The notes below the pieces were generated by a model that saw nothing but the letters and a program-made list of their open reading frames with translations, had not been told where the DNA came from and searched no databases. A stretch of 64,000 nucleotides of DNA from a candidate division FCPU426 bacterium (GTDB taxonomy: Bacteria; Oederibacteriota; Muellerivitia; Muellerivitales; Muellerivitaceae), in contig CAWKAR010000027.1 of assembly GCA_963847625.1 (NCBI GenBank), positions 1 to 64,000 on the forward strand, given 5' to 3'. Position numbers and translations under genes: made by a program. Position 1 is the stretch's first letter. Each line of letters opens with the position of its first letter. Shown in pieces: positions 9,073-18,862 of the stretch.

Positions 9073-9579
9073 TCACACGCCCGGTAATTGACGGGCCAGC
9101 TGCAGGTATTCCTCCACGCCCTGCAGGATCTTCCGGACGTCCTCATCGGTGACCCGCCTCACCACCTTCCCCGGCAGGCCCAACACGAGGGACCGGGGCG
9201 GGATGACTTTTCCTTCCGGGACCACGGTCCCCGCCCCGATGACGCATTCATCCCCGACTTGGGCTCCCGTGAGGATGGTGGAATGGATACCCACCAGGCA
9301 CCGGTTCCCGACACTGCAGGCGTGAACGCAGGCCTGATGGCCCACGACGCAATCCGCCCCTAAAAGGGTGGGGAAGCCCCGGTCGGTATGGAAAACACAA
9401 CCGTCCTGGAGGTTGGTCCGGGCGCCTATCCGGATGAGGTTCAAGTCCCCCCTGAGGACGGCCGAGGGCCAGACGCTGACTTCGTCGCCCAGTTCCACTT
9501 GTCCGATGACAGCCGCCAAATCGTGGATATGGACGTTTTTACCGAACCGGGGTTGATGCTCAAGGTAAGTTTGGATCAT
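9073..9579 (-). CDS. Gamma carbonic anhydrase family (hexapeptide repeat) protein
   Basis: VIGQVELGDEVSVWPSAVLRGD, TNLQDGCVFH, VGHQACVH Zn-ligand histidines. Confidence 0.92.
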   Translation of the reverse strand: MIQTYLEHQPRFGKNVHIHDLAAVIGQVELGDEVSVWPSAVLRGDLNLIRIGARTNLQDGCVFHTDRGFPTLLGADCVVGHQACVHACSVGNRCLVGIHSTILTGAQVGDECVIGAGTVVPEGKVIPPRSLVLGLPGKVVRRVTDEDVRKILQGVEEYLQLARQLPGV

Positions 9580-9637
9580 GTTGAATTCTGATTTTTGGTT
9601 TTAGAAAATCGAATGACAGTATAAATGAAAACACGTT

Positions 9638-10090
9638 TTAAAGGTTCTCCAATACTTCCTTGACATGGCCCTTGACGCTCACGGGGGACCAGATCTTTTT
9701 CACCTTGCCGTTCTTATCGATCAGGAGGGTCGTGCGGACGATGCCCATGAACCCGCGGCCCATGAACTTCTTTTTCCGCCAGACGCCGTATTCCCTCAAA
9801 ACCTTTTTCCCCTCGTCGGACAGGAGAGCGAAGGGAAGCTTGTATTTTTCCTTGAAAGCCGAGTGTTTTTTCACCGGGTCGGCGCTTACGCCCAGTACCA
9901 CCGCTCCCTTTTTTTCCACGGCATTCCAGTTGTCCCGGAAGTCGCAGGCCTCCTGGGTGCAGCCGGGCGTCATGTCCTTGGGATAGAAATAAAGAACGAT
10001 CTCTTTTCCCTTGAAATCCTCCAGCGATACTTTAGAGCCCTCCTCATTCTCCAACACGAAGGGAGGGGCTTTTTGGCCCTTCTTGAGCAT
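9638..10090 (-). CDS. bcp: Thioredoxin-dependent thiol peroxidase (BCP/PrxQ)
   Basis: VLYFYPKDMTPGCTQEACDFRD. Confidence 0.95.
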   Translation of the reverse strand: MLKKGQKAPPFVLENEEGSKVSLEDFKGKEIVLYFYPKDMTPGCTQEACDFRDNWNAVEKKGAVVLGVSADPVKKHSAFKEKYKLPFALLSDEGKKVLREYGVWRKKKFMGRGFMGIVRTTLLIDKNGKVKKIWSPVSVKGHVKEVLENL

Positions 10091-10435
10091 GGGACACCTC
10101 GATGATTTGGAATGGAAACCGGGCCATCATTAAGAAGCCTGGAAACAAAAACAAGTCCTCAGCAGGCTTATGGTGGGAATATTGAAGTTTTATTACAGAT
10201 GTTTAATTTTTGACATTATAAGGACATATATGACCAAATGTTAATTCATTACCTTTATCGTTTATATAATAGTTTCCAAAAAGAAACCTTATTTTATTGG
10301 TTTTTTGGATTGTCGTATTAATTATTTATTAACGTTTAAGGTACAAGAGGTATACTTCTATTAATAAATTTTGGTCTACAATTCACCGCTTCAACAATGC
10401 CTCAAACGTAAGGCCAAAATAAAAGGAGAGATATT

Positions 10436-11113
10436 ATGAATTTCTATTTTTCGCTTTTTCAGCTCATTGAAACCGTGGAGTCCCTCGGCCGCAATGTCCA
10501 GCATTTGGCGAGCCGGGCCCTCCGAATCAGTCCCCGGGACGCGCGCGCGAACCGCGAGCTCCTGGAAAAATGCGAGATGAAGTTGAACGAGGTAAGGGTG
10601 TTGCTAAACAACAAGACCCACATCCGGAAGATTGTCCTCCGAAAAGCCGCGTTTCTTTTCCAGATTTTGGAGGTTTTCTACCGCCGGGTGTTGCATCTTT
10701 CCGCCGCGACCTCCAGCATCGGGCCGGACGATGAACTATCCATCAAAGCCGTTTGGCAGCTTCTCTCGCTGGCCCAGAAGCACTACCAGATCGTGGCTCA
10801 CACCCTTTTCGATCTCACGGGCATTCCCGTGACCCTGGCCCTGGACGCCTCCAAGGAATACAGCGTCCGGGATTTCTCCTCCGCCCTCCAGGAGGAGGCC
10901 GCCTGCCAGCAGGAATCCCTCAAGCTTTTGGAAAAGGCCATCGAGGTATTCGGGGAGGAACAGGAATTGGCCGGTAAGCTCGTCTTGATGCGCAAAGAAA
11001 TCCTTGAGATTAAAAAGCGCATGAAGCGCTTCACGCCTGTCCCCGCCACGGAAAAAGTCGAGGCGGTCATGGCGCCTGTTTCCGCGGCCATTTCCTCGAG
11101 CTCGAAAAACTAA
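10436..11113 (+). CDS. Hypothetical all-helical protein
   Basis: Strong SD (AAGGAG) before ATG; 225-aa helical ORF; no recognised motif. Confidence 0.65.
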   Translation: MNFYFSLFQLIETVESLGRNVQHLASRALRISPRDARANRELLEKCEMKLNEVRVLLNNKTHIRKIVLRKAAFLFQILEVFYRRVLHLSAATSSIGPDDELSIKAVWQLLSLAQKHYQIVAHTLFDLTGIPVTLALDASKEYSVRDFSSALQEEAACQQESLKLLEKAIEVFGEEQELAGKLVLMRKEILEIKKRMKRFTPVPATEKVEAVMAPVSAAISSSSKN

Positions 11114-11154
11114 AAGGTGAGGACAAATAGAATCCGCGGGAAGAAGCCGGCTGA

Positions 11155-12450
11155 ATGAGTCCCCGGCGTTTCCGGCCCCCTGCCCTTTACATGAAGGCGC
11201 CCTTCCTGCGCGAGGTCCTGGATGGGATGCCGGATTCGGTGAAGATCATCGATGACCAGTTCCGAATCGTCTTCGCCAACAATACCGCCCGCAGCAAGAT
11301 CCACCAGGACCTGAACGATGTTCGCGGAAGGCCCTGCCACCAAGTGATTAACGGTTTCAAGGACCGGTGCTTTTTCTGCAATACGAAGAAGGTTTTTGAG
11401 ACCGGGGAGCCCCAGGTGGGGTATTGCACTTTATCCTCCAACGGAAGTTTGCGGGATTTCCAAGTTTCCGTTTTTCCCATGAAGGGCGACGGGCAAAGGG
11501 TCGAGTACGCGGTGGAGATCGTTAAGGATATCACCACCCTTTCCAAGGGCGCTCCCTTGCCCCGCGGCGCGGGGAACATCCTCAGCCGTGACAGGACCTT
11601 CGGTTGGGTCTTCGAACAGATGGCCCAATGCGCATTGGACGACGGGCCAGTCCTCGTCCAGGGCGAAAAGGGCACCGGCAAGAAATCCTTTGCGCAGGCC
11701 CTTCACCAAAGAAGCGCCCGTTCCCCCGGCCCCTTCCGGATTTTTCATTGCGAGAATCCCGCCGGCAGCGGGGACAGCGGAGGCCTGTTCGGTGAAAATG
11801 GCGAGTGGCATAAGGCGGCGGGAGGAACCCTTTACCTGGACAGCCTCGACCTTTTGGGGAAAAGGGAGCAGGAGATCCTGGCCGAAAAACTTTCCCGTCC
11901 GGCCGGTCCTGGCGCGCCCCGGGTTGTGGCGGGAACGAGGGTGGACCTCCAGCACTTGGCCCGGGAAAAGGCCGTCCTACCGGGTCTCTACGACCGTTTC
12001 GCCTCCCATATTCTTCGACTCCCCGCCTTGAGGGACAGGCGACAGGATCTCCCCTTTCTGGCTCAGCACTTTATTGAAACCTACAAGGTCGTTACGGGTT
12101 CACCGGCGGAAAAGCTGGGACCGGATGCCCTTTGCCAATTGTTATCTTATTCCTGGCCCGGCAATCTCCGGGAACTGGAAACCACGATCGAACGGGCCTG
12201 CCTGATGGCAACCGGACCCAAAATCGAGAAATTGGACCTGCCCATTTGCGCGCCCCAGGCCGAAAAACTGGATGAACAATTGAGTCTCACCGAAAAGGCG
12301 TTCCTGGTGGACGCCCTGACCAAATCGCAGGGGCGTTTGGGGAAGGCCGCCCAAGGCTCGGGATTGAGCTTGAAGACCTTCCAACGGAAGATGACTAAAC
12401 ATGGTTTGAAGGCGGGCGATTTCAAGCATCTGCCGGGGGCCGTTTCGTAA
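11155..12450 (+). CDS. PAS-AAA+-Fis HTH regulator; atypical NtrC-family protein lacking GAFTGA
   Basis: PAS (DGMPDSVKIIDD...GRPCHQV...RCFFC); Walker A VLVQGEKGTGK; LPALRDRRQDL; YSWPGNLRELE; C-terminal HTH. Confidence 0.85.
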   Translation: MSPRRFRPPALYMKAPFLREVLDGMPDSVKIIDDQFRIVFANNTARSKIHQDLNDVRGRPCHQVINGFKDRCFFCNTKKVFETGEPQVGYCTLSSNGSLRDFQVSVFPMKGDGQRVEYAVEIVKDITTLSKGAPLPRGAGNILSRDRTFGWVFEQMAQCALDDGPVLVQGEKGTGKKSFAQALHQRSARSPGPFRIFHCENPAGSGDSGGLFGENGEWHKAAGGTLYLDSLDLLGKREQEILAEKLSRPAGPGAPRVVAGTRVDLQHLAREKAVLPGLYDRFASHILRLPALRDRRQDLPFLAQHFIETYKVVTGSPAEKLGPDALCQLLSYSWPGNLRELETTIERACLMATGPKIEKLDLPICAPQAEKLDEQLSLTEKAFLVDALTKSQGRLGKAAQGSGLSLKTFQRKMTKHGLKAGDFKHLPGAVS

Positions 12451-12549
12451 ACACCCTGCCGCCGCTCTTTCTTGACGCCATCCCGCCCGGGTTTTAAACT
12501 GCCAACACCTTATTTTTTTCCGATCCATTAAAACCTTAAAGGAGCTCTT

Positions 12550-13800
12550 GTGACTTACACTTACCAAAACGTGAAGCCACCGCAGGGGGAGAAGATCGGC
12601 ATCAAAAACGGCGTCCTGGAGGTCCCGGACCACCCGGTGATCCCGTTTATCGAGGGGGACGGGACGGGACCGGATATCTGGCGGGCGTCGGTTCGGGTGT
12701 TCGACGCGGCTGTGCAAAAGGCCTATGGCGGGAAAAAGAAAATTTCCTGGTTCGAGGTTTTTGCGGGCCAGACGGCCTTCGACAAATTCCAAAACTGGCT
12801 TCCCGACGACACGGTGGAAGCCTTCCGGGAATACCTGGTGGGCATCAAGGGTCCCCTGACGACGCCTGTGGGGAAAGGCATCCGTTCCCTGAACGTTTCC
12901 CTCCGGCAGACGCTGGACCTTTACGTTTGCCTGCGTCCAATCCGGTATTTCCAAGGCGTTCCCTCGCCCGTGAAGCACCCCGAAAAGGTGGACATGGTCA
13001 TTTTCCGGGAGAACACCGAGGACATCTACGCCGGCATCGAGTGGCAGGCCGAAACTCCCGAGGCCAAAAAAGTCATCGAATTCCTCCAAAAGCAGATGGG
13101 CGTCAAAAAAATCCGTTTTCCCCAGACTTCGGCTATCGGCATCAAGCCCGTCTCCCGGGAAGGCACGGAGCGGCTGGTGCGCGCCGCCGTGGAATTCGCC
13201 ATCAAGCATAAGCGGAAAAGCGTGACCTTCGTGCACAAGGGGAACATCATGAAATTCACCGAGGGCGCCTTCCGGGACTGGGGCTACGCCCTGGTTAAAA
13301 GCGAGTTTAAGGGAAGGGCCGTGAGCTGGGAAGATTGTGGCGGCAAGCCGCCCGCGGACCAGGTGCTGGTCAAGGACGCCATCGCCGACATCACCCTCCA
13401 GCAGGTTCTAACCCGGCCGGAAGATTTCGACGTCATCGCGACCTTGAACTTGAATGGGGACTTCCTTTCGGATGCCCTGGCGGCGCAGGTGGGAGGCATC
13501 GGCATCGCCCCGGGAGGAAACATCAACTATGTCACGGGACACGCCCTATTCGAGGCCACCCATGGAACGGCGCCCAAGTATGCCAACCTGGACAAGGTGA
13601 ATCCCGGGTCGCTGATTCTCTCGGGCGTCATGATGCTGGAGCATCTGGGTTGGCAGGATGCGGCGAACCTGATCGTCAAGTCGTTGGGAAAAACCATAGA
13701 GCACCGGATAGTGACCTACGATTTCGCCAGGCTCATGGAGGGAGCGAAGGAAGTCAAGTGCTCCGAGTTCGGCTCGGCCCTGATCCGGAACATGGTTTAG
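12550..13800 (+). CDS. icd: NADP-dependent isocitrate dehydrogenase
   Basis: [68 protein letters not shown]. Confidence 0.98.
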   Translation: MTYTYQNVKPPQGEKIGIKNGVLEVPDHPVIPFIEGDGTGPDIWRASVRVFDAAVQKAYGGKKKISWFEVFAGQTAFDKFQNWLPDDTVEAFREYLVGIKGPLTTPVGKGIRSLNVSLRQTLDLYVCLRPIRYFQGVPSPVKHPEKVDMVIFRENTEDIYAGIEWQAETPEAKKVIEFLQKQMGVKKIRFPQTSAIGIKPVSREGTERLVRAAVEFAIKHKRKSVTFVHKGNIMKFTEGAFRDWGYALVKSEFKGRAVSWEDCGGKPPADQVLVKDAIADITLQQVLTRPEDFDVIATLNLNGDFLSDALAAQVGGIGIAPGGNINYVTGHALFEATHGTAPKYANLDKVNPGSLILSGVMMLEHLGWQDAANLIVKSLGKTIEHRIVTYDFARLMEGAKEVKCSEFGSALIRNMV

Positions 13801-13855
13801 AATAGGGCGTCTACATTATTTAAAACTTACTATTAATTATTAACGGAGTTTTTCT

Positions 13856-16492
13856 ATTACCCCAAAACGGAAAATCAATAAGTCTGTTTCTTCCCACCCG
13901 AAAAGGCGGAAAGCCGTTTTGAAATCACTTCTCAAACCCCTGGCCGAGAAATCCCAGACGTTGCCGGTTCTTCCAAAACCGCCCCTTCCTCTTTGGACCA
14001 AAACCCTCATGGTAATAACCCTGTGTTTGGGTTTGTTTTTTTGGTGGGAGCACCATACCGATACCGCGATGCTTTTTATCAGCATGGCTGTTTTTATTTT
14101 TCTCACCGGCCGGATGAGTTTTCAGACCCCCTTTTACCCCCTGACTTTTATCGGGTTGGGATGGGCCCTTTTTACTATTTCAGTCGGGCACTACCATAAC
14201 TTCAATTACGCTTTTTCCTGGCTTCCGAATCTGCTGATTGGCCCACCGGGACTTTATTTCGCGGTGGGGATGGGTTTGATGGTGGCGTTTTGGCGGTTTT
14301 TGCCTTTGGCCCACGATGAATACGACATCTCCAAAGCTTGGGCCCGGATTTGGTTCTGGGCGATCTTTGCCGTGGCAGCCTTCATGCGGTTGCGCCGGAT
14401 TCATGATCCCATGGGTGGTTATTGGGATGACAACTCAATATGCATCATGGATCCCCGGGATATTTTGGAATTTCATGACCGTTACATGTTCGTACCCACC
14501 GGGAACCGGGAACCCTTTTTCTCCTATTATCTAGCGGCGCTGTGGTCCTTTATGCCGAATGCCTCCATCATTTTTATCCACCGGTTGGGAAGCGCCATCA
14601 TCGACCTGACGGGAGTATGGCTTTTCTACCTGCTGGGGAAGGAAATCGGCGGACGGAGGGCGGGTCTCGTGGCGGCCGGCCTCGCCGCAGTCAGCAAGCC
14701 CATGATCATTTGTGATCTACTCGGATATACCCAGGTTACCGTCCCCATGGCGGTAGCTTTGACCCTGCTCATGACGATGCGCTTGTTCAAAAAACCCGAT
14801 TGGAACCATTTCATCAAATGGGGCCTGGCGCTGGGTTTCATGCCCTACAATTACACCGCCGTTCGGCCTTGGCTCCCCTACATAGCGGGGGTGGTGTTGT
14901 GCTGGATCTGGTTTTATAAACAGAAAGAGGGAAAAGGGAAGTGGGATTTCCTGCTGGGCTGGGGGACTCTTTTGACGTGGGTGTTCGCGTTCCTGCTTCG
15001 GAACAATTTCCTGCCGATGAAAAACGGTTTGATCGTTTTTTTAAACCACGGATGGGTTGGCTTGGCCGCCGTGGTCATTCTGTGGTATTTTTTTAAGCGC
15101 TCCTTGTCGGAAGCGATGATGATGAACCGCACAACCCTCTTACCCCGTTTTTTCCTCGGGATTTTCCTGGCCGCGGTTCTGGCTTATCCCCTGGCATCCA
15201 GCCCCCTTTTGGCTGAACGCACCTCCGCCCTTTCCATTTTTCATAACCAGACCGATTTAACCGTTAACTACACCTTTGACGCTGTCCGGACTTTTTTCGA
15301 CAAAATTTGGGTCACCCTTCAAACCATTTTTGCTGAAGGAAAGGACCTTTCTGGAGACGCCATCTTTGATTTTCATTTCATCCCGATTTTCATCCTTGGA
15401 CTGGTTTCCCTTTTAGCCAGGCCGAACTGGATGAAAATATTCTTGTTGGTTTGTTTTTTTGCGGGAATTTCACCCCATGTCCTTTCAATCGATCCCCATG
15501 TTGGCAAGTTGGTTGGTATTGTAGTTCCCCTATCGGTTTTATCGGGATTGGGCGTTCGACAAATTTGCTCGGTTCTTCGAGCCACCCGCGAAGGCCGTTC
15601 CAGCTTCATGTTTATCTTCCTTCTTATAGCTTATTTTGGGTGGGCTATCTGCGGAACCTACGATAAAGTTTGGAAACAGTGGTTCAGTCTCGAGAGCACG
15701 GACAGGGCTGTCTCACACCAGGTGGCTAAATATGCCCCCCAAGACCGTGTTTATATCGCCCTTTATCCCTATTTCGTGTCACCCCTCACCCAGACAGTAT
15801 TGGACCAGGGACTGGATTTCCACTCGTTGGCGGCCGAGAACCCCATCCCTTTAAAAACCGGTGAAGCACCGAAAGACGTGGTCGTAATCATGTCCGCTGG
15901 CGACGCAAAAACCAAGGCTCTCATCGAAGGCCAGTTCAAGAATGTTTCCTGGGAGGACATCCGCCGGGGTGGTTATCAGGATATTTTGCTGGTGGGCCGC
16001 CGGGCGGTCATCCCGGCCGCTGAAATTTCCGAAAAACCCGGCAAGCTATTTTATTTCCAGGGGGTTCCCGCGGCCAATTGGACAAGGGATTATTTCATGG
16101 GAAGGGCCATCCTGGGTTATGGCATGATCGAAAGGGAAGAAAGTGTTCCGAGTCCCTACGATCCGGTACCCCCCGAAATGGGTGCAAGACTCGTGCATTT
16201 GAAGGGCAGTTTCAACCTGCCGGCGGACGCCAGGGTCACTTTAAAGGTCGCGGCCAGCAACCATGTGAAACTGCAAATTGACGGCAGGGAGATCCTGTAC
16301 CTGAAACCCTATCAAGAAACTCTTTCAGGAGAAAAAAGAGTGGATTTGCCGGCGGGAGACCATAGGGTCGTTTATGACACATACCTGCAAGGCCCAAGGG
16401 AAATCCCGGAAATTTCTATGTGGATAGATGGAAAACAGGTTGGACTGATGGGAGGACCTGCGCAAAATTCCACTTTCGCGGGAGGACACTAA
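13856..16492 (+). CDS. ArnT/PMT-like GT-C glycosyltransferase with C-terminal PA14-like domain (type A, copy A1); probable ATT start at 13856 (ORF caller: TTG 13919)
   Basis: Many TM helices, YWDD loop, REP, FYLLGKEIGG; C-terminal LKGSFNLP...VKLQIDG...LPAGDHRV PA14-like; N-terminus aligns with paralogs from ATT 13856. Confidence 0.8.
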   Translation: MTPKRKINKSVSSHPKRRKAVLKSLLKPLAEKSQTLPVLPKPPLPLWTKTLMVITLCLGLFFWWEHHTDTAMLFISMAVFIFLTGRMSFQTPFYPLTFIGLGWALFTISVGHYHNFNYAFSWLPNLLIGPPGLYFAVGMGLMVAFWRFLPLAHDEYDISKAWARIWFWAIFAVAAFMRLRRIHDPMGGYWDDNSICIMDPRDILEFHDRYMFVPTGNREPFFSYYLAALWSFMPNASIIFIHRLGSAIIDLTGVWLFYLLGKEIGGRRAGLVAAGLAAVSKPMIICDLLGYTQVTVPMAVALTLLMTMRLFKKPDWNHFIKWGLALGFMPYNYTAVRPWLPYIAGVVLCWIWFYKQKEGKGKWDFLLGWGTLLTWVFAFLLRNNFLPMKNGLIVFLNHGWVGLAAVVILWYFFKRSLSEAMMMNRTTLLPRFFLGIFLAAVLAYPLASSPLLAERTSALSIFHNQTDLTVNYTFDAVRTFFDKIWVTLQTIFAEGKDLSGDAIFDFHFIPIFILGLVSLLARPNWMKIFLLVCFFAGISPHVLSIDPHVGKLVGIVVPLSVLSGLGVRQICSVLRATREGRSSFMFIFLLIAYFGWAICGTYDKVWKQWFSLESTDRAVSHQVAKYAPQDRVYIALYPYFVSPLTQTVLDQGLDFHSLAAENPIPLKTGEAPKDVVVIMSAGDAKTKALIEGQFKNVSWEDIRRGGYQDILLVGRRAVIPAAEISEKPGKLFYFQGVPAANWTRDYFMGRAILGYGMIEREESVPSPYDPVPPEMGARLVHLKGSFNLPADARVTLKVAASNHVKLQIDGREILYLKPYQETLSGEKRVDLPAGDHRVVYDTYLQGPREIPEISMWIDGKQVGLMGGPAQNSTFAGGH

Positions 16493-16604
16493 AAGGCACC
16501 AGGATAAATAACAATTATGTTATGGGCCACCCTCTATTCGAGGCCATCCATGAATCGCTTTTTTCTTGTGACCAATCAACTTTATCCAGTATTCTTAAAA
16601 AATC

Positions 16605-18779
16605 ATGAAACGAAGAAAAAAATCAAACGGCCTTTTGAGCGGGATATCCCTAACCCGTTTTAAAGACATCGTATTTGTAGGCTTTATCCTGGAATGGATT
16701 AATCAAGAAATAGGAAATAAAAATGGCATCCGCTGGGTTCTCCTGGGTTCCGGAATCCTGCTCGCTTGCGTTGGAATTGGTTTCCTTTCGGGAGATGCCC
16801 CGAATTGGCTGTTTGGATTGCCTTCCCAAGCCCTCGCGTTTTGGGCCCTTTGGAACGCGTTTCCGATCCAGTCAAGATCTCTCCCGGAAACGGTCCCAAA
16901 AACAACCCCCCTGCGGAAAAACGAAACAAAGTGGCTTTGGCTGGTTTTGGCGGTCATAACATCTTGGGTATTTGCTTACTACTGCTTTTCGCGGGTGTGG
17001 TGGATTGCGGGTATAGTTACAAGCGTAGGCCTTCTCGGGGCGCTTATTCTTTGCGCGGGCCGTTGGAAAAACCCTCCGCCCGTTCGGGAATATTTTTCCG
17101 ACAATACAGCCATAATCATATTAATGATCTTGACGGTTCTTCTTCGTTTTCCTTTCCTAAATCAATTTTTTGCCGGATTGCAAAACGATGAGGCTCATAA
17201 CTTTTTGGATACTCTCGATGTCCTCAGGGGGATCATAAAATCTCCATTTGGATCCAGTTTTGATTTAGCAAATTTAACCCGTTTTTTAATAGCGCCCTTT
17301 GTTTATATTTTCGGGGCCAATTTTACCGCCGCGAAGGGGGCGACGACTTTGACCTCCACCCTTTGTATTTATTTTTTTTACCGGTGGTGCCGGCTTTATT
17401 TCGGGGTGGGAGCCTCATTGTTGGCCTCCAGCTTTTTTTCCTTTTGTTGGTGGGATCTTTTCTTCAGCCGATCACTTCTTGAGAATATTTTTACAAATTG
17501 CTTTGAAGTCCTGGCCTTTTTTTTCCTGTCGAAGGCGGTCAGGGAAGGGGGGAAGTGGAATTTTGCCTGGTCGGGAATATGCCTGGCAATTTCTGTTCTA
17601 ACCTATACTTCGGGGCGATTGGTCCCCGTAATAGCGGTATTCGTGATCATAGTGTATTGGCTTCTAGGGAAAAGAAAGTTCCCAAAGTTTTTTGTGAAGG
17701 AAATAGTATTTTTATCGATTTTCTTTTTATGGATGATCGGGCCCTATCTCGTTTTTATCTATCATAAACCGGATGAATTATACGGGCGTGCCGCCCGATT
17801 AAATATTATTGAGCTCGTGATGCAAAAACATGCCTATCTCATGCCGTTAGAAAGGGTCCTATCCACTTTTTATACTTTTCTTTTCCCCAACAATCCGGCG
17901 GTGGATTTGCGTTTCGGACTTACTTCCGTTCCGTGCCTGGATCCTTTTTTGGGTTTGTTCTTCCTGCTTGGGGTGGTTTTAGCCGTTTATTTCCTGCGCC
18001 AATGGAGGAATTTATTGGCCTTGACGGGCATCCTATTTGGACTCATGGCCAATGCGTTTATCAGCGGATCAACCGAGATTGACCTGTTTAGTTTCCATGC
18101 CGGGCGGTGTTTTTTTATATTTCCTTTTTTATGTTTCCTGATGGCCCAAGGGATGGATTGGGGGATCAGGCTTGTTTCAAGTTTGCCGAAAAAGCTGAAA
18201 ATTTCCTGCAATCTGGCATTGGTTTTGTTGGCGGTATGCTCCGCTTACACGAATATCGACACCTATTTTTTTAAATTCAGGAATACACTCGCCAATTATT
18301 TCCCCCTGGCTTTTAACCATCTCGCGGTTGTGGAGTTGTTCAAAAATTATTATTTGAAAGATCATGTCGTAGTGGAAGGGATCAACAACCATGGCACCTT
18401 TTCCAGTGGAGCTTTCGACCTCATTGATCGTGCACTAACTTTACATAACGCTCCTGTCAACTTTGATGGCCCCACCTATGGTTGCTATGACTTCCTTGGA
18501 AGAGATCCCGCCAAGTATGGCATACCGGTCAACCTGGGATGGCCATTGCCATTGCCGATCCGGGCCCAGGTTACCAAGAGCGTGGTTATCTTTTTTCCGT
18601 TTTGGGAAGCGGTGTATTACGAACCTGAAAAGGGAAAAGTCCGGCAGTTTTACCCCAACGCGGTATGGGAAACGCATAAGAACCAATATGGGGAAGGGTT
18701 TGTCATGACGGCTGAAATAAAGATAGAGGATATCCAAAACCTCCAAAAAGGCATGAAGCTGGATCCGCCCCTTTATTGA
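16605..18779 (+). CDS. ArnT/PMT-like GT-C glycosyltransferase (type B, copy B1)
   Basis: LLRFPFL...GLQNDEA acidic loop motif, multi-TM, TYTSGRLVP, soluble C-terminal domain with FYPNA. Confidence 0.8.
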   Translation: MKRRKKSNGLLSGISLTRFKDIVFVGFILEWINQEIGNKNGIRWVLLGSGILLACVGIGFLSGDAPNWLFGLPSQALAFWALWNAFPIQSRSLPETVPKTTPLRKNETKWLWLVLAVITSWVFAYYCFSRVWWIAGIVTSVGLLGALILCAGRWKNPPPVREYFSDNTAIIILMILTVLLRFPFLNQFFAGLQNDEAHNFLDTLDVLRGIIKSPFGSSFDLANLTRFLIAPFVYIFGANFTAAKGATTLTSTLCIYFFYRWCRLYFGVGASLLASSFFSFCWWDLFFSRSLLENIFTNCFEVLAFFFLSKAVREGGKWNFAWSGICLAISVLTYTSGRLVPVIAVFVIIVYWLLGKRKFPKFFVKEIVFLSIFFLWMIGPYLVFIYHKPDELYGRAARLNIIELVMQKHAYLMPLERVLSTFYTFLFPNNPAVDLRFGLTSVPCLDPFLGLFFLLGVVLAVYFLRQWRNLLALTGILFGLMANAFISGSTEIDLFSFHAGRCFFIFPFLCFLMAQGMDWGIRLVSSLPKKLKISCNLALVLLAVCSAYTNIDTYFFKFRNTLANYFPLAFNHLAVVELFKNYYLKDHVVVEGINNHGTFSSGAFDLIDRALTLHNAPVNFDGPTYGCYDFLGRDPAKYGIPVNLGWPLPLPIRAQVTKSVVIFFPFWEAVYYEPEKGKVRQFYPNAVWETHKNQYGEGFVMTAEIKIEDIQNLQKGMKLDPPLY

Positions 18780-18862
18780 TCAGTTTCCGCGGGCTCTTTT
18801 GGAACAAGCATGAAACTTTATTCTTGTGGCAACGCCTCTTTATCCAGTATTCTTGAAAAATC

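Noticed and set aside
10100..10435. AT-rich region as replication origin
   Set aside because: No DnaA-box cluster (TTATCCACA) and no dnaA/gidA context; more simply a divergent promoter region.
12550..13860. Prophage or element integration at the icd 3' end (as for e14 and phage 21)
   Set aside because: No duplicated icd tail or integrase found in the window; the duplicated tails belong to aguA.
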